Source: an uncultured Planctomycetaceae bacterium
GTDB lineage: Bacteria > Planctomycetota > Planctomycetia > Planctomycetales > Planctomycetaceae
DNA: 64,000 nucleotides
Reading direction: 5' to 3'
Assembly (NCBI GenBank): GCA_963813715.1
Contig: CAWFAK010000007.1
Coordinates: 256,001-320,000, forward strand
Positions 35,601-44,897 of this stretch are shown one piece after another. Within the stretch, counting starts at the first letter, position 1. Each line of letters starts with the position of its first letter. The notes under the pieces are model-generated. The model searched no databases. It had not been told where the DNA came from and saw only the letters and a list, made by a program, of their open reading frames with translations. The position numbers and the translations under genes were made by a program.

Positions 35601-35823
35601 TCACGCACTGCAGCACGACGGTGATGGCCGAGACGCGGAAGTGGTAGCGTAGCGCCGGGTCGAGCCGCAACGTCAGCTCGACGTAATAGATGACGAGCAA
35701 GCCGCCGATCGAGCCGCCCAAACGCGTCACGATCATCATCAGCAGGATGTACTGATGACCGAAACGGTTGAGGTATTTCTCGGTCAGCGATTGCTTCACG
35801 GCTGTGGCCTGTTTACCGGCCAA
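32617..35823 (-). CDS. Membrane hybrid sensor histidine kinase (multi-TM - HAMP - HisKA - HATPase - REC - REC - HPt; RpfC/BarA-like)
   Basis: About six hydrophobic segments; GNDEIDILARQFN HAMP; ANISHELRTPLNG; NAIKFT; DTGIGI; GGSGLGL; LAEDN..LMDCQMP; AHRLKGAA. Confidence 0.93.
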   Translation of the reverse strand: MAGKQATAVKQSLTEKYLNRFGHQYILLMMIVTRLGGSIGGLLVIYYVELTLRLDPALRYHFRVSAITVVLQCVTATVLIALWELRRVRHVLKCIQWGEPFDPVYAQQAGRDAVLFSARHHRIEAWFTPLTCLLPVSLYLRWHGAPVDMLINLTWAVFMGINLALLATFFAVEHCMSTVIRHLLAHGVSIEYRAVPRGKLRFRLGLCSFLIITTTALMIGQVARQRATDIINDPDKNNQVEAVRELRAHSLYITAAAAITGVLYATLMAGSVTKRVDVMVAAMDRVGSGLLSERLTPTGNDEIDILARQFNSMVERLDRDNRTIRDLNLNLEERVRERTKQLERLVAELSQTQKQLTDYNKQLHAARVEAETANRAKSEFLANISHELRTPLNGVIGMTDLLMSTPLNSQQRKYAQTTKFSGTSLLDLLNEVLDFSKIEAGMLEVEKIPFDLHATIEPVIELMAHKCKEKSLEMAYFADPGVPLRLIGDPGRVRQVITNLVNNAIKFTERGKVVVRIAVVEQLDRVATLRITVEDTGIGIPESRFNRLFQAFSQVDASITRKYGGSGLGLVICKKLCELMGGAIGFESQVGRGSTFWFSLPFEVAELSGEADANRLKPLQGLRALVVDQNETSRPIVAEQLVNLGLEVSEVTSGAEALKRLEQAATTQAHYSFALWDLGVSDLTKEEFAATVRSLPELGKPALMLLTPVGAPQDLLRLRNLGFVDCLSKPIMRTALMEALLAVVSNDGTEKARPRLGRKDTTEAFVIPRTSRKGVRILLAEDNDINQQVAVEILTQAGYRCDVVGDGRQAVEAVQKTKYHLVLMDCQMPEMGGLEATQHIREAERAAGATGPVLPIVALTANALTGERERCLNAGMNDYICKPFDPFKLVETIEVQLSATEGAAPEPFEVAQMPEPAAVVSAVEAEQDPAEDLAIVIDRPSLLRRCLGKAELADKLLVKLHARLGADLYEIKTAADAGDCDLLGRCAHRLKGAAANLSAEPLRAVSGDLEMLAKSGNIGAARDTLAKLKYESRRFLQETLPLVPATSPERTDAVLAETVLSGEVPCAS

Positions 35824-35854
35824 GCGGAGGGGGCCGCTCGTCGGGATGAATTCC

Positions 35855-36910
35855 CTATTTCTTCCCCCGGCTGCCCAAGTGCAGGCAGATCAGCCGCTGG
35901 AGTCCCCCGACGAGATCGGTCAAATTCACCGAGCGGCAGCGGGTCGCCAGCGCCAGGATCTCCCGGCGATAGGCCTGCCAGCGCTCGAGGAAGTGTTCCT
36001 CGTGCTTGCGTTCCCGGATCACGCCTTCGATGTATTCGCGGTTGCCGCTCCACAAGTCGCTGACCTTGAGGTCGCCGCAGGCAATCGCGCGGGCGAAGAC
36101 GCCGCTGGTGAAGTCGTCCTCGCCGATCTCGCGCTGCCAGGTGGTGATCATGTTGCCGATGCGGCCCATGCACTGCCCGCGCCACACCGCCTCACGAACC
36201 ACGCCCATTTCCGCGCGGTCGAACCGGGGCGAGCACATCATGTCCATGGTCGAAGAGACCATCATGTGCATGTTGTGCGGCAGGTAGAGGTCGTGCTCGA
36301 CCAGGTTGAACATCTCGGGATATTCATCCATCAGCCGCGAATAGCGCATCACGTTGAACAGCTGCCGATAGTCGAACTGCAACAGCTCGGCGAACTCGGC
36401 GTGGCGGGGAAAGTCCTTCACGCGGCGCTGGATCTCGTTCCAGATATCGAGCGTGAACCGCGCGTAGGCCCGCTGGTGCGGCAACAGCGATTTCTTCAGC
36501 TCCTGTCCGCCCGTCTCGAGCAAGTCGAGCAGGTGTTCCAGAAAGGCGAGATCCTTCTGATTGTCGGCGACGTCGTCGAGCATGACGTCGAGCATCACGC
36601 CCAACACCTTGGTGTCGGCCACCTCGTTCTCGAGGGACGGCTCGCAGCAGGTCAGCCGCGTGATCTCCACGCCGCGCCGTGCCCAGGTCCACAGGAACGG
36701 ATCGCGACGGCCAACTTGCGCGTAGCCCTCGACCCAGCCCGCGAGCGGGCGGCTCAATTTGATCGCGAGGACGTGCGCGATTTCTTGTTCGATTAATTCG
36801 GCATTGGGGAAGAAGTCGGGCATGACCACCGGTTCACTGGCCGCTCGAACCGCGTCCGAGCCGGCCGGGGCCAGAAGTTGTTCCACTAGAAGTTGAGGGT
36901 TCACGGTCAC
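35855..36910 (-). CDS. Putative class I terpene synthase / isoprenoid-diphosphate-using enzyme
   Basis: 351 aa with helical character; Asp-rich MLDDVADN (DDxxD) and GRIGNMITTWQRE, which has the N-x3-T-x3-E spacing of the NSE/DTE motif; AGGA RBS before GTG. Confidence 0.62.
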   Translation of the reverse strand: MTVNPQLLVEQLLAPAGSDAVRAASEPVVMPDFFPNAELIEQEIAHVLAIKLSRPLAGWVEGYAQVGRRDPFLWTWARRGVEITRLTCCEPSLENEVADTKVLGVMLDVMLDDVADNQKDLAFLEHLLDLLETGGQELKKSLLPHQRAYARFTLDIWNEIQRRVKDFPRHAEFAELLQFDYRQLFNVMRYSRLMDEYPEMFNLVEHDLYLPHNMHMMVSSTMDMMCSPRFDRAEMGVVREAVWRGQCMGRIGNMITTWQREIGEDDFTSGVFARAIACGDLKVSDLWSGNREYIEGVIRERKHEEHFLERWQAYRREILALATRCRSVNLTDLVGGLQRLICLHLGSRGKK

Positions 36911-37175
36911 GTTCCTGGTCTACGGGAGGTGCTGAGGGGAAAGTTCACCGCGGACCAAAGTCCGCCCGTTCTAACGTGCGCTCCGCGCCGTTCTCGATAT
37001 TCCTTTTCGTTCGCGATTTTCTGCGCTCTCGATATTCCTTCCTGTCGATTCCGTTCGCTCCGGCTCCTGTGCCGACTACTTTGTTGCCGACTTCTTCGCT
37101 CGTCGTCTTTACGCTTCCGCCGCGGTTCGCACCGCGCGTAGATCACTAGGGCCTCCGGGGTTAATGAGGCACGAA

Positions 37176-37203
37176 AGCCTACTCCACGACTGAACTCTGT
37201 CAA
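37176..37203 (-). promoter_or_regulatory. Sigma70-like promoter for the terpene synthase - kinase - HD-GYP - ispH unit
   Basis: Minus strand TTGACA-16 nt-TAGGCT next to an AT-rich patch, about 265 nt upstream of the GTG. Confidence 0.5.
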
Positions 37204-37588
37204 CCGGCGCGTCCGTCAGTTTTTTCAGAATCTCTTTCGATCGACTTCGTTAAGTTTTTGACTTTCTGGAAAATTGGACTAAAGTGTGAGCATCGCATCT
37301 TCAGGCAGGTTCCAGTCGGGACATCAGATCCCGTTTTCTCGCCATCTCTTGCCGTTTGCGGTTGGCTCTTCCGGTCAGCGGATCGTCGACTTTTCGCGGT
37401 GTGCGTCTTTTCGCGGTGTGATTGAGACGATCGCCAAACTCAACGCGATCGTGCCGCGTTCCACTTCGCGATGAAGCGGCACCCGCCCGCATTGGACGAG
37501 TTCCGCAAGCCGACCTCGTTGATCCCACAACCTCATTGATCCACATCAGAGAATCCGCAAGCCCCGAATTTTCGAGGACGATTCCCCC

Positions 37589-38392
37589 ATGCCCCTCTTC
37601 TCCAAGCTGGACGACGCGCTGGAAGCCCTGACGCAGGGCCGCATGATCATCGTTGCCGACTCCGAAGACCGTGAGAACGAAGCCGACTTTCTCGTTGCGG
37701 CGGAACGGATCACATCGGAGAACGTGCACTTCATGATTTCGCACGGACGCGGACAGCTCTGCATGCCCGTCGTGTCGCAAATCGCCCGGCGCCTCAGCCT
37801 CAAGCCGATGGTTCCGCGAAAGAGTGCGTCGATGCCCTGCTTCGCCGTGCCGGTTGACCACTCGCTGTGCAAAACGGGAATCAGCCCAAAAGAACGGGCG
37901 TTCACAATCCGGAAGATCGTCGAAGATTCGACGCGGCCCGACGACTTTCTGCGGCCCGGACACATCTTTCCTCTGATCGCCCGCGACGGCGGAGTGCTCG
38001 AACGACCGGGTCACACCGAGGCCACCATCGACCTGATGCGACTGGCCGGGCTTCCGGCCGCGGGAGTGCTCTGCGAGATCTGCAGCCGCGACGGGGAACA
38101 CATGGCGACCGGCCGCGAACTCCTGGACATCGCCAAGAACTTCGGCCTGCCGATCATCACCATCGACAACGTGATCGATCGCATGCAGGCAAAGGTCCGC
38201 GCAGCGCTCGTCGAACGGCGCCGGCCGGCACCCCAACCATCGCCTGGTGGCACAGCTCACGAGCACCAATGGCGCGAGCGTCAATGGCCCAGGCGTCAAT
38301 GGTACCGGGGCCGGGCGGGTTCCCGCCTGCGCTCCGCCTGGGCCGCACAGACGCAACGGCAAACATCAGCCGACTCCCCCGTCACCGCTTGA
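37589..38392 (+). CDS. ribB: 3,4-dihydroxy-2-butanone-4-phosphate synthase, stand-alone; C-terminal tail probably frameshifted
   Basis: DRENEAD, GQLCMP, TGISPKERA, RPGHIFPL, GGVLERPGHTEA, LCEI. Confidence 0.85.
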   Translation: MPLFSKLDDALEALTQGRMIIVADSEDRENEADFLVAAERITSENVHFMISHGRGQLCMPVVSQIARRLSLKPMVPRKSASMPCFAVPVDHSLCKTGISPKERAFTIRKIVEDSTRPDDFLRPGHIFPLIARDGGVLERPGHTEATIDLMRLAGLPAAGVLCEICSRDGEHMATGRELLDIAKNFGLPIITIDNVIDRMQAKVRAALVERRRPAPQPSPGGTAHEHQWRERQWPRRQWYRGRAGSRLRSAWAAQTQRQTSADSPVTA

Positions 38393-39038
38393 CGGAACTT
38401 CCCGGGACTGAAGAATTCGGCGCGAGCCACTTCCCGTTCGCCGTATCGAAGAGCAACAACTCGCTCGTGCCGTGCGCTTCCGGGCCGTGCTTCGCGCCGC
38501 CGAGGATCGAAATGGCGATATGGCCGTTATCGACGCCAACCAGCACGCGGTACGGCTCGAGCGTCACGCTTCCCACCTCGCGATCGTCGGCATCCCACAC
38601 GCGGACGATGTAGCGCAGCTCGCACTCTTTGCCTGCGAGCGTCGCGAAGCCGTCGACGGGGACGAACAGCGACACAATTCGACGCGTGTCGACCGTAGTC
38701 GGGCCGACGTCGACGTAGTCCCGCAGTCCGCCGTACTTCTTCGACGTGTACCAGGCGGCCAGCGGATGCTTGGGCATCTGCACGGGCTGCCAGTTCCCCT
38801 TTTCGCGATATTCGGGATGCGCGGAGATGGTGAAGCCTTTGTTGCCCGCGCGTTGTTGCGCGAGCACGGTAATCACGTCGCCCTTCTCGGAGATGGCCGC
38901 TTGCTGCGCATCGATCCGCCGTGTACGGACGAGCGATTCGGTGGCGAGGCTGCCTGTTCCGACAAGTGATTGAGCGGAGGCGGACGACGACAGCGCGGCG
39001 AGCAGCGCGCACGAGAGGAACGTGGCGGGGATTCTCAT
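38382..39038 (-). CDS. Secreted hypothetical protein
   Basis: GAGG RBS; signal peptide MRIPATFLSCALLAALSSSASA. Confidence 0.6.
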   Translation of the reverse strand: MRIPATFLSCALLAALSSSASAQSLVGTGSLATESLVRTRRIDAQQAAISEKGDVITVLAQQRAGNKGFTISAHPEYREKGNWQPVQMPKHPLAAWYTSKKYGGLRDYVDVGPTTVDTRRIVSLFVPVDGFATLAGKECELRYIVRVWDADDREVGSVTLEPYRVLVGVDNGHIAISILGGAKHGPEAHGTSELLLFDTANGKWLAPNSSVPGSSVKR

Positions 39039-39275
39039 TTGGCCCTCAACTCGGATGCTGGTGATCGCACTCACGTGACGCGGCGCGCGGCCATCCTCGG
39101 GCAGGCTTTGCCACGAGACCGGTTCACATGGTGTTTTGCGTTTGAGTACGACCGCTGCGGCCAGGTCAGAGATGGGTGAAAGCGCCTGGCCACCTCCGTG
39201 AATTGGCGGATGGACGGTCCACCAGGATACCAAGCCCGCGCCGATAAACAGCGCAAATTCCGAAGAGCCAATTTC

Positions 39276-41245
39276 TTAGCAGCGCGCCGCGGCTCGCTTT
39301 TTGACCAGCTGGAAGTGAACAACCGTTACAGCGGTAAAAGCGAACAGCACCCCGTAATAGATGTTGAAGGCGCGCTCGTTCGAATCGGTCAGCGGACCTG
39401 TGATCGCCTGCGCGATCGCATTCTGCACGAGCAGCACGAGCCACATCGCGGCAGCCGCGTGCGGGAAGATGTTGCCCCGAAAATTCCGCGGCAACGGCCA
39501 GACCAGCACCCAAACGGCGATGCCGAACACCATCAGCAAGTAGTCCGGGGCGAGCGCGTGCTGCAGCCGCCGATCCCAGACCCGCTCATCGTAGCCGTAA
39601 GTGTTGAACCAGCCCTTGATCCCGTACTGCAGCGACAGCCCCAGCCCCGCCAGCAGGCCGAGGGCCAGCCCCAGTCGCTCGAGATTCGGGTCACCCTCGG
39701 CAGGCGTCCCGGAATTCTTTCTCGGCCGCGAATTTTCGCAGAGCCAAGCAATACCAGCCCATGCCCGACGAGGATCACGGCCGCCAGGTAGAGCCGCATC
39801 ACGGTGAGGCCCAGCTCGAACGAGCGGGTGCGGACGCGAGCATGGTCCGGGCCGAGGAATTGGGTGAGGTTCACCAGGAACTTGTCCAGGCGGTTGAATA
39901 CCCGGTCAATTTGGAGCGTACGACCCCACTCGGCGTACTGCTCGACCGGAACGAACAGGCCAACGACCAACGCGGCGGTCAGGATCAGACCGACCCATTC
40001 GACGCTCGTCGACGGGCCCTTCGGATTCGCACTGCTTTCCGCAGAATCGATCGGCCGCTTGCGGTAGGCGAAGTAATACGCCGCGGCAAAGACACTGACG
40101 ACGGCAAAGAAGAACGACGACCACTCCAGATATTTCCAGTGAGCGAAGTGATCCGCCAACGTCTGGGGAAACCGAATCAACCAGGGCACCTCCAGCCGAA
40201 ACACGGTGCTCAAGAGCCAGGTCAGTCCCAGAAAAATCAGCAGCCACTCGAAGTTCGGCCCGGCGACCGAGCGTCGCGAGGCAACGATCGCCCGCTCGCG
40301 CTCGGACATCGGCCGATTGACCAGGAAATAGGCCATCCCAAAGGCAAAGCCCATGCTCAGGCCGCCCGACGACTCCCAACACCTCCAAAAGTTGAATTGC
40401 ACGCCCGGAAAGACGGTCGGAGCCCACTTCCAAGTCTGAAACAGCGCCCAGCCGATGCCGTTGACGATTGAGGCGGTCAGAATCAGGCCGACGTTCTTCC
40501 AGTCTCGCCGCCAGACCTCGAACGCCAGAAAGCCAAGAATCAGGCCCAGGTGATGCACGGCTTCGGTGCAGTCGATGATCATGCGGCGGAGGTTGGGATT
40601 GGCTTTCAGATCCTCGTACTGCGCTTGAATCGAGTCATAAAGCGGCAAGAAGCACTGCGGGTAATGCTCGATCAGGAACTGCGCGAGGTACGCGCCGGTC
40701 AGCCCGCAGGCAATCCGCAGGAACCAGTGCCAGACCCGCGTCTCCTTCAGCGAGCCGGTCCAAGCCAAAAAGCAGGCGCCGATGCCCGCCCACTTTGCTC
40801 CGGCGAGGAACATCCACAGAAAGCCGTACGCCCGGGAGATCGGCACAAACCGATCGACGCCGAGCGTCGCGTTGGTCATCAGTTTGCCTTCGAATAGGCT
40901 CGGCCACTGCATCCAACCTTGGATGCCGGCAATGCCGATCCCGAAGGTCAGCGCGGCCACGATCCAGCCCGAGGCGTAACGCCGCGACTGTTCCCTCCGC
41001 GGATCGTGGGCCAAATACCACCACGCCGCTCCCCAGGTGACGCCGGCAAAAACGCAGCCCTTCCAGGCACCAAACCCGGAGCAGCCGCGAACGGCCCAGG
41101 TCATTCCTCCGAGCGCCACGAAGAGCAGCGTCGGCAAGACCAGGTCGTGCAACAGGTCAGAATGCGGAGTGAAGGTCGACGGCGGGTCGGCCATTGCGGC
41201 CGCAGGGCCCTTGCCGGAAGCGGGGCCCGGTGTGGTATTCATCAA
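39276..41245 (-). CDS. Large polytopic membrane protein of unknown function, 3' part frameshifted
   Basis: Many TM segments in ORF 39533..41245, continuing in hydrophobic ORF 39276..39539. Confidence 0.6.
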
Positions 41246-41382
41246 GCGGACTTTCTGGCGGTCGGCCGAGCGAAGACTTTTCGCAAAATGCTCGGACCAA
41301 AGGCCAGTTTAATGCCGCGACAAACCCGGTCCAATCAAGCCTCGACCCAGATTCGTGCGACGACCGACCTTAATTGACAGAC

Positions 41383-41456
41383 TGGGTGCATGCCCACGGC
41401 CCGGCGTGGGCATGCATGCAGGACATGCCCACCCAAAGCTGTGGGCATGGCACCCA
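41383..41456. repeat. REP-like inverted pair
   Basis: TGGGTGCATGCCCACGGCCCGGCGTGGGCATG ... CATGCCCACCCAAAGCTGTGGGCATGGCACCCA. Confidence 0.7.
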
Positions 41457-41590
41457 TCATTCCAGCCCGGTCCATCCACCAGCGGACCCTGACGAGCCGA
41501 CCCCGAGCCTCGACCAGCCGGCCCGTGTCAGAGCGGTTGACCGCGACGGTGCTCGGTCCCCGTCAGCATTTTCTCGAGCGGAACCAGCGC

Positions 41591-42392
41591 ATGACCCAAG
41601 GCAGCGACTACTCCAGCGACACTTTTGCCACGTTCTACGATCATCTCGACGTCTACGTGAATCGCGCCGACGTCGACTTCTTCGTCTCGGAGTCGGTCGC
41701 CGCGCGCGGGCCCGTGCTGGAACTCGGTTGCGGGACCGGACGCGTGCTGCTCCCCTGCGCGGGCCGGCGCCACCATTTGGGGTTTGGACGCTTCAGAATC
41801 GATGCTGGATCGCTGCCGGGGCAAGCTGGCATCCGAGAATGAGGACGTGCGGAATCGAGTGGTGCTCAAGCGCGGCGACATGCGGGACTTCCGCTACGAC
41901 GTCCCGTTCCAACTCGTGACGATTCCGTTCCGCCCCTTCCAACATCTGAACACCGTGGCCGAGCAGCTCGCCTGCCTGGCGTCGATTCACCGCGCCCTGG
42001 CCGAGGGAGGCCGACTGATCCTCGACGTCTTCAATCCGTCCCTTACGGCGCTCGTCGACCAAACGCGGTTGCAGGAGCAATCGAGCGGCGCGCCCTTCAC
42101 CCTGCCCGATGGACGCGTCGTCGAGCGGACCGAGCGGGTCACCGGCCGCGACTACGCGAAGCAAATCGTGTTCGTCGACCTGATCTTTTCCGTGACGCAT
42201 CCCGGCGGCCAGCGCGAGCGGCTCGTGCAGGCGATCCAGATGCGCTACCTGTTCCGATACGAACTCGAGCACCTGTTGGCCCGCAGCGGATTCGAGATCG
42301 TGGCCGCCTATTGCGATTACAAGCGCACGCCTCTCGACGCAGGTCCGGCCCAAGAGCTGGTGTTCGTCGCGCGAAAACCGAGCCGCGGATGA
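41591..42392 (+). CDS. Class I SAM-dependent methyltransferase, apparent frameshift near 41760
   Basis: VLELGCGTGRV, LDASESML, GDMRDF, PFRPFQHL, GGRLILDVFNP. Confidence 0.85.
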
Positions 42393-43450
42393 CGCTCCGT
42401 GCCGGCGTTCAGGCGAGCAGTCGCGATATCGGATCTCCAGCGAAGATCGACGGCCAATCGTCCCGCGGCGACGTGGGCGCGCAGGGCCCGCGGCCGATCG
42501 TACCGGTCGGAGTCGAGGTCCGCGCGCGTCATGCCGCCGGCACGGAAGGCGTCGTACATTTGCTCGATTCCGTCGGCGACGGTCCAGCGCGGCCGAAAGC
42601 CGGGCACCTCCTGCGCGAGGCGGCTGCAGTCGACGCAATAAGAGCGCCGATCGGCGCCGTTGCCCGGTTCATACTCCAGGCGACTGGGCACCAACTGATG
42701 GATGAGGTCGGCCAACTCGCCGAGGCGGTAATTGTCTTCGGTCCCGCCGACGTTGAAAATTCGGTTGTGGACCAATTGTCGAGGGGCGGCCAGAACGGCT
42801 TCGAATGCGCGGCAAATGTCCTCGACGTGGACAAAGGGCCGCCACGCCAAGCCGTCTCCGCGAAGGATGACGCGTCCGGTTGTCGCCACAGTCGCCACCA
42901 ATTCGTTGAGCGCCAAATCCAACCGCATTCCCGGCGAAACGCCATAAGCCGTCGCGTTGCGGAGGACGGTGGGGCTGAAACTGTCGCTGGCCAGCAAAGC
43001 CAGATTCCGCTCGGCAAGCGCCTTCGACTCGGCATACGAGGTGAGCGGAGTGACAGGCGCATCTTCATCGAGCAGTGCTGATCCCGCGTTGCCGTAGAGG
43101 CTGCACGAGGACGCAAACAGGAAACGCGGCACTCCCGCCTGCTTCGACAGCTCGGCGAGCCGCACCGTGGCCCGCGTGTTGATATCGAGCATCAACTCGC
43201 GGCCCACGCGGCCCAGCGGATCGTTCGACAAGGCGGCCAGGTGGATGACGGCGTCGAGTCCAGCCAGGTCGGCGCGAGTCACGTCGCGGAGGTCGTCGGC
43301 CACGCACGGCACGATCAGTTCCTCATCGTCGAGCGCCGAGTTGCGATAGAGGCCGCTATCGAGGCCGAAAACTTGATGCCGCTGCGCCAAAAGCCGCGGC
43401 ACCAGCAGGCTGCCGATGTAGCCATAACAGCCGGTGACCAGGATCCGCAT
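42317..43450 (-). CDS. NAD-dependent epimerase/dehydratase (extended SDR)
   Basis: ILVTGCYGYIG, HLAALSNDP, ASSCSLYG, YAESK, RPFVHVED; 3' end may be frameshifted. Confidence 0.88.
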   Translation of the reverse strand: MRILVTGCYGYIGSLLVPRLLAQRHQVFGLDSGLYRNSALDDEELIVPCVADDLRDVTRADLAGLDAVIHLAALSNDPLGRVGRELMLDINTRATVRLAELSKQAGVPRFLFASSCSLYGNAGSALLDEDAPVTPLTSYAESKALAERNLALLASDSFSPTVLRNATAYGVSPGMRLDLALNELVATVATTGRVILRGDGLAWRPFVHVEDICRAFEAVLAAPRQLVHNRIFNVGGTEDNYRLGELADLIHQLVPSRLEYEPGNGADRRSYCVDCSRLAQEVPGFRPRWTVADGIEQMYDAFRAGGMTRADLDSDRYDRPRALRAHVAAGRLAVDLRWRSDIATARLNAGTERHPRLGFRATNTSSWAGPASRGVRL

Positions 43451-43678
43451 CTCTTAAGGACCTCGCTCGTTGTGTGTCGCGTGTTGGTTTACCGCTCGCA
43501 GGGGGTTCCTTTCACGGTAAGGTGGACGCTGAGCCGCGGAGAAGACGAATTCGGAGGAGGAAGGATCGGCCCGTCGAATGAGCCCGGCCCCGCTACCGAA
43601 CGTTCCGATTGTGCGTGCCCTGAGGAGATGTCGCCGTCGCGCGACAATCGAGACAATTGAGAGCTGATCGGTCCGCGC

Positions 43679-44098
43679 TCAGTCGTCGGCCGGACGGCGG
43701 CGCAACTGCTTGGCGGCCGAACGCTGGCGCTTGTCGGTTAAGCGGCGGCGGCGGGAGCCGGCGGTCGGCCGAGTCGCTTTGCGACGTTTGGGCTGCGCCA
43801 CGGCCCGAGCCAGCATCTCCCGCAGTTTGTCGTAGCAATCCTGAATGTTCTTCGGCTGATCGCGGAAGCGTTGGCTGGTGAGCAGGAAGTCCCCTGCGTC
43901 CGTCATACGGTGCCGATTCTGCTCGACAAAGCGCACACGAACGCGCTCGTCGATGCTGGGCGACTCGAGCACGCGCCAGCGCATCACGGCCTTGCTGTTG
44001 ACCTTATTGACGTTCTGTCCGCCGGGCCCGCCGCTGCGGGCGAAAGTGAAGGAGAATTCGGCAAGCGGAATGCGCACCGCCGGCGGCACGAACAGCAC
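43679..44098 (-). CDS. arfB: Alternative ribosome-rescue peptidyl-tRNA hydrolase
   Basis: RSGGPGGQNVNKVNSK (GGQ), basic tail PKRRKATRPT..KQLRR; 139 aa from GTG 44098. Confidence 0.92.
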   Translation of the reverse strand: MLFVPPAVRIPLAEFSFTFARSGGPGGQNVNKVNSKAVMRWRVLESPSIDERVRVRFVEQNRHRMTDAGDFLLTSQRFRDQPKNIQDCYDKLREMLARAVAQPKRRKATRPTAGSRRRRLTDKRQRSAAKQLRRRPADD

Positions 44099-44271
44099 TC
44101 GTTCGTCGTCACCAGCATCCCGCGAATCATCGGAACTCGAGAGCATTCAGGGTTTCCCGTCGCGCGAACGTCGACCACTTTATTAGATCACTCTATTAAA
44201 CGGCAGATGCCTCAATTATAGAGGAGCCTGGGTGGCGCTCGATCCTCGACCCATTCAGGAAGGTCCACGAC

Positions 44272-44760
44272 ATGTTTGACCGCGAACTGCGCTTGTACGC
44301 TTTGATGAACGGACTCCTGCAAAAACTGCTCGCCGACGTCGACGAGACGCGGTTCCAGCATCCGTTGTGCGAGGGGGGTAACTCGCCCGCGTGGATCGTC
44401 TCGCATCTGGCCATCGTCAACGATTATTGCCTCAAAAATCTCGGCGACCAGCGGATCGCCCCTGCCGAGTGGCACAAGCGGTTCCGCCCGGGCGCGATGC
44501 CCAAGGACGACACGGCCCCCCGGCCCACCAAGGCCGAACTGTTCGAGGTGCTCGAAAAGGGCCGTCGCCGCATCTTCGAGACGGCCGCCAACGTCGATCC
44601 GGAAAAGATGGATCAGCCGCAAACCTCCGATTTCTTCAAGGATTCGCCGGTGAAGACCATTGGCGACGTGGTCGCCCACCTGCTCACCACGCACTTTGCT
44701 TTTCACGTCGGTCAAATCTCGGCCTGGCGGCGGCTCGAAGGCAAGTCGCACCTCATCTAA
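44272..44760 (+). CDS. DinB-family protein
   Basis: GNSPAWIVSHL and HFAFHVGQISAWRR His pattern. Confidence 0.8.
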   Translation: MFDRELRLYALMNGLLQKLLADVDETRFQHPLCEGGNSPAWIVSHLAIVNDYCLKNLGDQRIAPAEWHKRFRPGAMPKDDTAPRPTKAELFEVLEKGRRRIFETAANVDPEKMDQPQTSDFFKDSPVKTIGDVVAHLLTTHFAFHVGQISAWRRLEGKSHLI

Positions 44761-44897
44761 AGTCCGACGGACAGCCAGGGACCGATCTTTCCTGCATTCG
44801 CCGATTTGCTAAACTCCGCGCCCAGCGGACGCGGAGGTTGCGGGTGAGGTTCGCGCGCCCCGCGGAATTGCGGCAAACCACAAGGACGTGCGGCGCC

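Noticed and set aside
36907..37203. 98-aa Arg-rich ORF upstream of the synthase as a leader peptide
   Set aside because: Its TTG start is the -35 box, there is no RBS, and its composition reflects the purine-rich leader.
37290..37400. Possible FMN riboswitch upstream of ribB (ATCTTCAGGCAGG)
   Set aside because: The conserved GAAATTCCC-ACCG and GGATGGGAGA segments are absent; an Rfam cmsearch would settle it.
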